NCBI RefSeq assembly: GCF_036321535.1
Contig: NC_087438.1
Location: 12,402,001 to 12,466,000 of the forward strand
Source of the DNA: Camelus dromedarius
Lineage: Eukaryota
DNA length: 64,000 nucleotides
Reading direction: 5' to 3'
Position 1 is the stretch's first letter; every line of letters begins with the position of its first letter. The translations under genes were made by a program, and so were the position numbers. Below the pieces are notes generated by a model, which was given only the letters and a program-made list of their open reading frames with translations, searched no databases and was not told the origin of the DNA. Positions 1 through 9,744 of the stretch are shown piece after piece.

Positions 1-556
1 ATAAAAATCCATTGTTGAATCTTTTACCTCAGATCCCTGATTTTTAAAAATTTCCACATTCAGGGTATGAAAGCAGAACCATACAAACTACAAAGAAGTC
101 CTGAAATTTTTCCATAAACCATTTATCATCTGAGACATTAGAGCAACTCTGTGGGCAGCTCCTTATTTCTCTTAAGAGTAACTGTCATGAAATATATGAT
201 ATCTCCTTATTCTTAACAATACACCTTCAGAAACACTAGGCCCTAGTTTCTCTTCTAACTTTCAAGGAATCCCTATTGTTAGTCGATTTTAAAAAGTATA
301 TAATTCTGGAGTTGAATGAATCCTAATTCTGATTTAGCAACAAGTTTGATACATCCCAAATTCTTTCATTTTCCTCATTTAAAAAAAGTCCTCCTTGTTG
401 AGATTCTACGCATTGTGTCCTTCCTTTGAAGGCGGGGCTTTCTAATTCATTGTTTCTTCATTATTGTTTTTCTAAGAAAAGCAAGCCTGCTTTCAACACT
501 GGAATGTGCTCGAAGTGCACGTCATCCCCGGAGTTGTAAAGAGGCTCTGAACCAGC

Positions 557-3500
557 TCATACGAGGTTACCAGACTTGGGAGGAGACACAAACATCCTCT
601 TCTGGTCCGTGGAAAGGTCCGGGGCTGTGGATGTGCCTTCATCAGCTTTCCTTCTGTCAGGGCTTGGGCCCTCCAGCCTGTATCAAATGACAAGGGTTGG
701 CTTCTCATATGAAAAATGACACTCATCGCCACTCTAGAGATGCTGTTTATATTTACTTTTACCACCCACACTTTTGAACATTGGCAGCAAGAGAGCAATT
801 TGAGCCATTCTCTAGAATTAGGCAGTAGACGGAGAGGAGGTTTATCCTATAGCATCGGAGGGGAGAGGCTGAGAAAGTGTCAAAACTGCATGAACTCAAC
901 AACCGGAGAGTCTACAAACTGACTGTTGGGGATTGAGATACTGTACATAGAAGCATGTGGTTTCACCCATCTATATACCATACTCGAATTTGGGGAAGGA
1001 GAGAGATGGGACAGATCTGTTCTGATCCCTCGTGGTTTAAATTAACAAAATAAAAAGAATCTCCTACACTATGCAGGCAGGGTCTAAAGAACTAGGTTTT
1101 GGGAACAGTATGGGGATTCCTGTATCCGATCGGGCTTTGGACTAGATAATGCTGCGTACCTTGAGAGCTTACGAATGTACCCCGGGCAGAAGTACATCCC
1201 TGTCATCCTGCACCCGCCTCTTCCACCCATGTGTGTCCCCAGACCAAAATAATTTCTACATAAACGTGGTTAATGAATTTGAGCTAATGTGAACACCAAT
1301 GAAGTAAAATCCAGGGTTTTCTTAAAAAGAATTTTTTTTTTTAATTGAAGTACAGTTGGTCACAATGTGTCAATTTCTGGTTTACAGCACAATGTCCCAG
1401 TCATGCACATACATACATATATTTGTTTTCATATTCTTTTTCATTAAAGGTTATTATAAGATTGAACATAGTTCCCTGTGCTATACAGAAGAAACTTTTT
1501 TTTAAAATCTATTTTTATATATAGTGGCTAACATTTGCAAAGGGTTTTCTTGCTTTCTCCAATAGAATATTGTTGTCTTTCTAGAACCTGTTCACCCATC
1601 TTGGTGGTTTAAACCCACAAGTGAGTCCAATGAAGGGTTTCTCATGTAGAAGGACAAGCTGGAGAAAGAGACATCACACATTTCTATGAACTCAGCTCCC
1701 ACGTGAAAAGCATTTTGGAATGTGATGCTTTGTACAACCTTTGTGGCTGTGGCTAGTGATGTGTGTGGAGAAATCAAAGGGCTTAAAAAAGCCTGTGTCT
1801 GTAGTGTGAAAAACTCTGCCACACACAGCAACAATTCTCTCTCTCTCTCTGTTTGTAAGGACTGACAGATGGGTTCATGTGTCCATGTGTGGGGTGCACA
1901 GAAGACACAGACTACCAGTGTTGTCTGGCGCTCCCCTCCCCCACTGGCAGTATTTCTCTCCCATCTCATGCGTGACTGGCAGGGCACCTGGGGGCTGTAA
2001 TAAATCTCCACCAGATCTTTCCACTTCTCTTTAGACTCCAAATCCTCCCCAACTCCTTTTCCGGGAAACTCCTTTGGCACAGTGATTCAAGATGGGTAAA
2101 AGGGCAGGAACAGTGTGTGTGTGTGTGTTGGGGGGGAGGTGAATTAGGGGTGGTGACTGGGAGTGGCCTCTACTCCTCTTTCAGTTGGAAACTGCACCTG
2201 AAACCGGAGCCAGCTGGTGCTTGTCATATCTCTGCAGCAGGGAGAGTTACTGTTATAGCCCAGAGGACAAGGGAAATAATGGAAAAAAGAAAACCTTGAT
2301 GTGAACACCACATAAATCAGGAAACGAGGGTCCTGATTATCTGGCTACATCTAATTATGTCCCTTTTCTGAGACAGTCATGATGCTTAATTCTGGAAGCC
2401 ATTTAGATGACCCAGGCAAACAGCTAAAAGGCAGCACTGTCCAGTGGGACGTTCCGTGCGGATGGAAATATTGTATATCTGCGCTGTTCCAATGAGAGTC
2501 AGGTGGCAACCGAGTGCTTGAATGTGGCTAGTGTGATGGAAGAACAGAATGTCTAATTTGAATTAATTTACATGTGAATAGCCACATGTGGCTGCTGGCT
2601 GTCACGCTGGGACAGTACAGGTCTAGTGCAGAGTTGTGCAGGAGAACTTTATGCAGTGATGGAAACGTTGTGACCTCCTCTCTCCCACGTGGTAGCCACC
2701 GGCCATGTGCGACTATTGAGCACTTAAAATGTGGCTACTATGACCGAGGAACTGAATTTTCAGTTTCATTTGTTTTTAATGAATTTAGATTTAAGTCTGG
2801 AAAGCAACGCAAGACCACTGGTCACCACAGTGGCAGCACAGTGCGAAGGCGTTGGTTTACCACGCAGCGCGCTCTGCTGCTCTCAGGTTTGCTTTTTCCT
2901 TCTTTGTGATGACACGCGCCACTCCTGTCTTGCCTGGAGAACAACTACCCTCAAATCACTCGGGTTTCCCATCACCTTCCTCCTTCCTTAGTCACCAGCC
3001 TGTTTCCGGAGTCCATTAGAAAGTCCAGTGCAAGGCGAGTCAGGATCTACTTTCTACCTGCGAATGCTCTCTCTGTGGACACTTGGATCAAATCTAATCC
3101 CCTAAGCGGCTGCACACGGGGCCAGTCTCCTGTCTGCCCACGGGGCCAGTCTCCTGTCTGCCCAGAGGATTTATTTCTGAGAACACAGCTAAGCTTATTT
3201 TCTGAATTCATAATTCTCCAGGCTCCTGCCTCCTCTCATTGTTTGTTTTAGCCAGTTGTTTTCCTTTCAAAGTTTTATTCCACTGTCTTACCCTTTCTTA
3301 TGCTTCAGAGTCCATACAACATTTAACTGTGTTCATACAATATGGAGGAGCGATCGGCTTCTATGGGATTCCTTTTCTGTTCGTGACATTGATTACCATC
3401 CCCGGAAATATCACCTGCCAGGAGAGATGGAGTCACCCTGAAACTCCACATCATTCCTGGCTTCACCTGTCCCCAGCAGTGACACTGTTCCAAATCATAA

Positions 3501-6500
3501 GAAAAAGAAAACAGCAGGAGACGCCACTGATCACCTTCTAGCCTCGATGCTTCATTTCACAGTTGAGAAAACAGGAGCCTAAAGAGTGAAAATGACCTAC
3601 CTGAGGTCAACAGGTGTTGGCAGAGCCAGGACTGGAACCAGGTCTCCTGACTTACAGTCAAGTGCTTTTTTTTTTTTTTAAATCACATCACACTGCCTCC
3701 CCAGAGGTACCGAACTCCAGAAGAATAAGGTTTACATGAAGCATTGTACAGCTGCAAGACAGTGTAATAACGCCACTAAAAGGGCTATTTAATTTCAGGA
3801 GGTCAGACTTCTAAAGTTCTCCTCCCATTGTGTGTCACTCCTTCAGGGCTGCAAGGGCGGCCTCTATTCAGCCTGTTTTGAAAGTGCCACCAGCGTGGCC
3901 ACGCTTAGTCATGGGTGCATCATCTGAGTCTGTTCGAGGACTTCAATAGCAGGTTATTTGACCTCGTGGCCCAAGAACTCTCAAGTATGTACTACCTAGT
4001 CCTTTATAGCAAGTGTTTGCAGACTGCTGACGTAAATTAAAAGGTGGTAATAAGGCGTGTTTGCCTCTTATTGGCTGCCATTGCAATTGATCTGACTCAG
4101 TGGCTTGAAACACCACCAGTGATTGTCTTTCAGTTCTGGAAGACAGGAGTTAAGGTGTCAGAGGGCGGTGTTACCTGTGGCATCTCTAGGGGGGGTCTGT
4201 TCCCTTGCCCTTTCCAGCTTCTTGAGGCCCCTGAAGTCCTGGCTTATGGTCAAAGACAGCAGGGCAACATTTTCAAGTCTCTCTCCCTCTCTGTTTCTCT
4301 TGTCATACCTCCTTCTCTGTTCCTGGCCCTCCTGCCTTGCTCTTTCTCTTATAGAGACATCTGTGATTATGTTGGGCTCATCCCGACAATCCAGGATAAC
4401 CTCCTGTTGACTGAAGAAGAACGCACAACCTAACACTGAGAATTATGTTTCATTTGGGGAACTTAGTGTGGACTGTAGCCCTGGAGACAGCCTCTCAAAG
4501 AGCTCTGAGGAGATAAGGGAGGAGCCAGGATATATAAGAGTTTTTGCTGAAAAAACAAAACAAAACAAAACAAAACGAAACAAAACAAAACATGTAGTTG
4601 AACATCAAAAGATTACTGCTAATCATAAAACCCAGATACCTAAGGTTAATGATTTTAGTGCTTTTCTATGTATGGGAAGAAGTAAGAGTCTGGGATCATT
4701 TAAATTATTCTTTAGATATACATCTTAACTGCCTACAGTCAGTGTCCTGTTTCTCTGCGTCCTGAATCCCCCTCAGGGTACACCGGTGGGGTGGCCGTAG
4801 TGGCTGATGGTTTGATGGTGGGCAACATTCTTCGTTTCCTGGAATGGCCGGCAACATTTCTGTCCACACTCTCATCTCAAGGTTAGTCTATTACCACCTT
4901 GGTTTGATCATCCTTATTTTGATTTCCCTTTGCCATGTAATATAACACATTCATAGGTTCTGCTGATTAGGAGATAGACATCTTTAACGTGGTCAAAGTT
5001 CTTCTTATGACATGAAGACCAGCGTGGCACTGAGCCTCCCAGAGGGACCTGGCTTTATGATGAGTGCTGCAGGGACGGCAGGGCCGTCAGTGCTTGTGCT
5101 GTCATGCATTTACTTTATGTCCTTGAACAGGCCAGTTAAGTCTCAGCTTAGCTGCCTCATTATTACAGTGGGGATAATAATAGCTAATTCATACAGTTGT
5201 TTGATGATTAAATACTTTAGGTAACATTCCTTGGACGTGTCTTGGCATGTAACACTACTCAGTAAAAGTCACTTCCCTGTCTGCTGTGGGCTGTGTGGTC
5301 GCTCTTGTGTGTTGGGTCCTTTGGCAAAGACGTTGACGGGAACTACGTGGCCTGCCTTCCTTCCTCTTCTGTGGAGAAGGCAGACCCTTGATCCCTCTAC
5401 ATTTTCATCCCCAGTAGCAGCATGTATCAAGTTGTAGGATGCTAGATTATTATTATTATAGAACCCTCCACTCCCTCACTCTTTAAAATAATAATCCACG
5501 GAACACTGTTTGACAGGTTGTATAAACACATCGTCTAGCTTTGTGCTGAGGCTTTACAAATGTTCACGTGGCCGTCCAAGCGGCCGCTTGGACGGAATGG
5601 CATCAGAATCTCCAGCTGCAGGGGGCCTGCCCCATCCTGCTTTGTCTTTCTGGAGCCAAGCGCTGAGCCTCCTCGTCTCATCCAGTCCGCTCAGGGCCAG
5701 CTGCGTCAGGGGAGAGCATGTTGTGAAGGAACTGAGCTAAGGTCTTTCTTTACACTTTCTTTCCAAAGTGGATTTTCCTTATGGTTAAGGGTCTAGGTAC
5801 AGAGACACACCTGTATTTAATCTTTGTGACTGAATCTTAGGCACACTAATCAGTAGGTTCAGAGAAAAAAATGGATAAATTTTTTCCATGTAGTAGGTGA
5901 ATTCCAGAAAAAAACCCCAAGTTTAACCATTTTCAACATTGTCTCATTATCAGGATTCCAAATAGCAGGCCACCCTCCCTATGCACACCATCTGAAACAA
6001 GACTTGCTTCCCTGGAACTGGCTGTGCTGGAAAGGAGGCTCCATTTGAGTGAAGTCAGCCTGGTCTGGAGAGCAGTTGAATGGCTCTGCCTCTGGGTGAA
6101 GCCTACATTGTTGAAGCTGAGAGGAGAGAGTACCTTTGTTCCTTTAAAGTCAATACAGATACCAAACCCTGGACCTTAAGTTCATGAAGAAGAAGGAAAG
6201 AAATTCCTAAGCTGCTGGGGATACTAGCCACTATTTATTGATTACTTTCAGTGTACCAAGCATTATTCTAGTGCTCTGTGATGATTAACTCATGTAATCC
6301 TCCCCATAGTCCTAAGAAGCAGGTGCTACTACTATTAATCCTATCTGACAGATGAGAAGGTAATATTGTTCCCATCAGGCAGAGAGAGGTCAAGTAACTT
6401 GCCCAAGGATGCACAGCTAGGAGGAGATAGAGTTTTCCAAGCCAGGTAAGGAGTCCCTGCAGGCCCTGAAGACAATTCGAGCCTTCTCCCTTCTTTATCT

Positions 6501-7091
6501 CCTCCCTAAGGCCAGGCAGTTCTAGAAGAGTAAGGCAGTCTTGCCAATAGAAAGAATAGAAGAAACAGGGAATGAGGACTAGTTGGGTTAGATCCAGAAT
6601 TTTCTAGCATGTTTATGAGTGAAAACCATAACACCAAAGTTAACTCTATTATTTTCATTTCTTCCAGATTTCCCTCTTCTCTTTGTTATCATTCTTCAGG
6701 ATAAGGTTCTCTTTGTTATTATTTGAAAGTTGTGGCGTGGGCAAGTCTCTCTTTCTCGGCATTCTTCCCTTGAACAATGGGACCCCGCCAGCCTTTTCAT
6801 CCTGCTCCCTCCTTATCTTTCTTACAGAAATTTAAATGCCATATTAGCCACCGGCCTCATGTTTGGTCAGTGCTTTTAAGAAGTAACAGGAAAGCAAAAT
6901 ACAACTCAGTTCAAACATCCACTCTCTTGGCTTTATTCCCCAGGATCTGCCATATGTATATAGATGGTGCATCTTCCTAGAAGCACATTTTACCTCGGAG
7001 CTGCAGAGCGCCTACAAATGCTAGGGCAGAATCCAAAGAAGGGTGCTCTATGTACCTGTGGATCATCCAAAGTACAAAACAGTATGTCCAT
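557..7091 (-). CDS. Candidate spliced ORF, ~140 aa, unknown product (putative exons 7091-7056, 5700-5568, 3484-3415, 1658-1596, 677-557)
   Basis: Manually assembled: five repeat-free segments, each preceded by a pyrimidine-rich AG acceptor, joined in consistent phase through GT donors. The ATG is in strong Kozak context (ACAATGG). Donors are weak and I do not recognise the protein. Confidence 0.2.
1324..1540 (-). mobile_element. Young L1 3' end, 5'-truncated
   Basis: Poly-T followed by aattgaagtacag...ttccctgtgctatacag (reverse of an L1 3'UTR end). Exact 11 bp TSD agggttttctt at 1313-1323 and 1541-1551. Confidence 0.9.
2432..2620 (+). mobile_element. MER3-like hAT-Charlie MITE, copy 1
   Basis: cagcactgtcc...gatggaaatattgtatatctgcgctg...aatagccacatgtggct...ggacagtacag matches the recalled MER3 layout. 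Confidence 0.8.
2629..2841 (+). mobile_element. MER3-like hAT-Charlie MITE, copy 2
   Basis: gaactttatgcagtgatggaaacgtt...ggtagccaccggccatgtg...ttgagcacttaaaatgtggcta...gaggaactgaattt. Confidence 0.8.
3115..3164. repeat. Perfect 24 bp tandem duplication
   Basis: cacggggccagtctcctgtctgcc occurs twice (3115-3138, 3139-3162). Confidence 0.95.
3525..3700 (-). mobile_element. MIR SINE fragment
   Basis: catttcacagttgagaaaacagg...gaggtcaacag...ggcagagccaggactggaaccaggtctcctgact is the reverse MIR core. Confidence 0.75.
4057..5012 (-). mobile_element. MLT1 (MaLR) solo LTR, interrupted by a younger LTR at 4405-4868
   Basis: agtggcttgaaacacc...cagttctggaagacaggag...ccttgccctttccagcttcttgaggcc...atccaggataacctcc, resuming after the insert as catctcaagg...ttgccatgtaatataacacattcataggttctg. 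Confidence 0.8.
4405..4868 (-). mobile_element. ERV1-class solo LTR nested in MLT1
   Basis: TG...CA termini (tgttgactg...tgtccaca) and a near-perfect 4 bp TSD ctcc/ctct. It splits the MLT1 cleanly. Strand inferred. Confidence 0.75.
5120..5270 (+). mobile_element. MIR SINE fragment
   Basis: gtggggataataatagcta...ttgtttgatgattaaat...tggcatgtaacactactcagtaaa. Confidence 0.65.
6225..6450 (-). mobile_element. MIR SINE
   Basis: atttattga...gattaactcatgtaatcctc...acagatgagaag...ggtcaagtaacttgcccaaggatgcacagctag. Confidence 0.8.
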
Positions 7092-7501
7092 TGTCCTGAG
7101 AGGGGTGAGTCTGCAGCCTTCAGAGGCAAGGAGAGCGTGCTGATTTGACTTAAATGCATTTTTTAAGCTCAGCTGTGGAACACATTTTGATTTACAGAGG
7201 CATTTATGAAGCTGGATGATGGGTTTCCACAATTTGTTTAACAGCGTTCTGCAGATTATTGCAAAAAGGATTCAGGGAGCGATATAATGTAGAGAGCGAT
7301 ATAATGTATCCCAGAACATTGGTTAAAAAAAAAAAAGTGGAGTTATGTGTGAGAAGCACAGAAGGAACTTAAAAGAAATTCAAGGAAGTTAAGAACATTA
7401 ACTAGGCTAATAAAAAGGATATTAGCAGTGAGCCCATTTGATGGGTAAATAGGCAGACTAGAATGAGAGCCCTAGTTGCTGCTGAATCCCTTGGGGAGTG
7501 G

Positions 7502-8060
7502 TTCTTTCAACATTTAAAAAACATTTATTGAGCACCTTCTGAATACCTTCAGGGGTCTAAATCCTGGTGATACAATAACAAACAAAGCAGTCATCTCCCT
7601 AACAACTTTACATTTTAATGCAGAAACTAATCAAAAAAATTCAATAAATATACAATACGTAAGGTGGTGATGTGTGCAGAGTAAGGAAATGAGAGTGGAG
7701 AGGAAGAATTCTATTTGATATAGAATCATAGAAGAAGGCCTGCCTGATAAGGTGACATTTGAGTTGAGATCAGAAGGGAGCAAGGAAATCAGTTGTGCAG
7801 ATATCTGCGGCAGTGAGCATTCCAGACAGAAGGAATGGCAGGTACAAAGGCCCTGAGGTAGGAGTGTACTTGGAGGTGTCAAAGACAAGCAAGGAAGCCA
7901 GGAAGAGAGTGGAGGAAGATGATGTGGAGCTAAGTGGAGATTGTATAGAGCCTTGTAAGCCATCTAAGGATTCTGGTTTTAGAACAGAAGACTGGCATGA
8001 CCTGGCTTAGATTTTAGAAGGATCACTTTTGCTCCAAGTGGAGGCAGACTTTGCAGAGCG
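7502..8060 (-). mobile_element. L2 3' region
   Basis: catttattgagcacct...aaggtgacatttgagttgagatc...gagcattccagacagaagg...aaaggccctgaggtaggag...ttttagaaggatcact. Confidence 0.85.
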
Positions 8061-8619
8061 AAAGACCACATAACTATGAAAACTTTCTTCCAGATCTGCA
8101 AAATATCAGCAAGAGTAACTGTTCTCAAATATTTTAATGGAAGACTCTCTTCAGATAAAAGAAACAAAGTGTTTGGCATGATCTTTAAATGACTCAAGGG
8201 GAGGGGGGAAGTATTGGGCAAATATAAACAACCTGGCATTCAAGAGGTGAAGCTGAAGTATGTTTTCAGTCTAGCGTCTGCAGTAGCCAAGTCATCACAG
8301 CACAGTCAAAGCCAGCTGGGACCACGGAAGATGACTCCACATCCTGTTGATGCTCTGCTTGGCACAACGTGGATGGAAGCCAATGAGGACGGGAGGGATG
8401 GAGGCCCGTGGCTGCTGCCAACAACCTTTGTTTAAAGCTATTGGAAACTCCTGATTCAGTTCAGCTCTTTTCTGCAGCTAGCAAGGGGGGAGGACATAGA
8501 GGGAAGAGGCCGAGGTTGCCATGATATGTGTTATGGGGGCCTCCAACATCTCTCTGGAGCCATTAGTGAGCCTTTTCCAATTCTTCTTTAAACTGCGAGG
8601 TCTTTTCGCTGGTGATGCT

Positions 8620-8830
8620 CGCTAGCCGCCCTCGTTCAGCATGTACCACGTGCCAGGCACTGTGCTGATTCACCGTATTCATCGTCTGATTAATTTGCTT
8701 TCACAACAGCTCGATGTGGAAGGTACTATTATTACCACCTACATTTTTCAGAACTGGGATCTGAAGCTTAGAGACTTTCGTAAGAACTGGGATGCAAAAC
8801 CAGATGATCAGAATCCTGTCTGTACAGTGA
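8620..8830 (-). mobile_element. MIR SINE fragment
   Basis: accacgtgccaggcactgtgct...ggtactattattacc...ctgaagcttagaga. Confidence 0.65.
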
Positions 8831-9387
8831 AACAATAACACAGTCTCAGCGTTACTTGCCAATGTCTCATGTGAGGAATGGCCTAAATGATGGCTAAGTT
8901 TATTCTTAATTAGTTTCTCTTTTATAGCTGTTGGCATGCTTTTGCAATACCATGAGGTCTGCTTACTCCCAGTGCAGGCAATAAATAACAAGGTATTAGA
9001 CTGATGTGAGAAAATGCTTATTGCCATGAGGCAAGCCCTACTTTTAGCAAACCTAGTAACGTGAAACAATAAACTCACAGAACAGGCTCTAGAAGGGCTT
9101 GCTTTGGCCATAAACGCTCTCGTTTCTCTGCCAAAGGATTTTCCAGAGTGTTCCTTTAAATAGTGGGCTCAATAATGCACCGAGTGTACAACCGACATTT
9201 GTCCAAGGGAACAGGGGTTCTGACACATGTAACCACATGACTATCACTGTGAAGACAGACAGACCATGGTTGTTGGCGAAATGGTTCATCTGGGGTGAAA
9301 AGCCAAGAAGTCTGGTGCTCACAATCAAGCATCACAATTTCAAAGTGAAAGTTTCCTATTAAACTGTTTTACAAGTTGGTAGCTTTT

Positions 9388-9544
9388 TTTTTTTTTTAAT
9401 TGAAATACAGTCTATTTACAATGTATTAATTTCTGGTATACAGTGTAGTGATTCAATTATCCATATATATTCTTCTTCATATGCTTTATCATTTATATAA
9501 TATCACTTGTATGTGGAATCTAAAAAATGCCACAAATGAACTTA
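9388..9544 (-). mobile_element. Short L1 3' end with 5' inversion (twin priming)
   Basis: Poly-T plus a reverse L1 terminus, then a sense-oriented L1 3'UTR piece (atatcacttgtatgtggaatctaaaaaatgccacaaatgaacttattt). Direct repeat tttacaagttggtagctttt at 9368-9387 and 9545-9564, followed by AA. Confidence 0.88.
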
Positions 9545-9676
9545 TTTACAAGTTGGTAGCTTTTAACTATGACTGAAAGGTGTGCTTGCTACACACTAGC
9601 AGAGAAGCTCTGTGCATACACCATCAGGTTTTTTAATTTTTGTTTCTTTGTTTTGTTTCGTTTGTTTGGTGGAGAT

Positions 9677-9744
9677 CCTTCCTTCCTCCCTCCCTCCCTC
9701 CCTTCCTTCCTTCCTTCTTTCCTTCCTTTTTTTTTTTTTTTTTT
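9677..9744. repeat. (CCTT)n/(CCCT)n microsatellite plus poly-T
   Basis: Directly visible. Confidence 0.9.

Noticed and set aside
3115..3164. Direct repeats as a CRISPR-like array (also the 17 bp period repeat at 7277-7308)
   Set aside because: Only two adjacent copies, no spacers, mammalian context; these are simple slippage duplications.
8928..8992. Plus-strand exon-like segment (tttctcttttatag|...AAG|gtatta)
   Set aside because: Isolated 65 nt, with no partner exons or recognisable coding content found; such splice-like pairs are common by chance.
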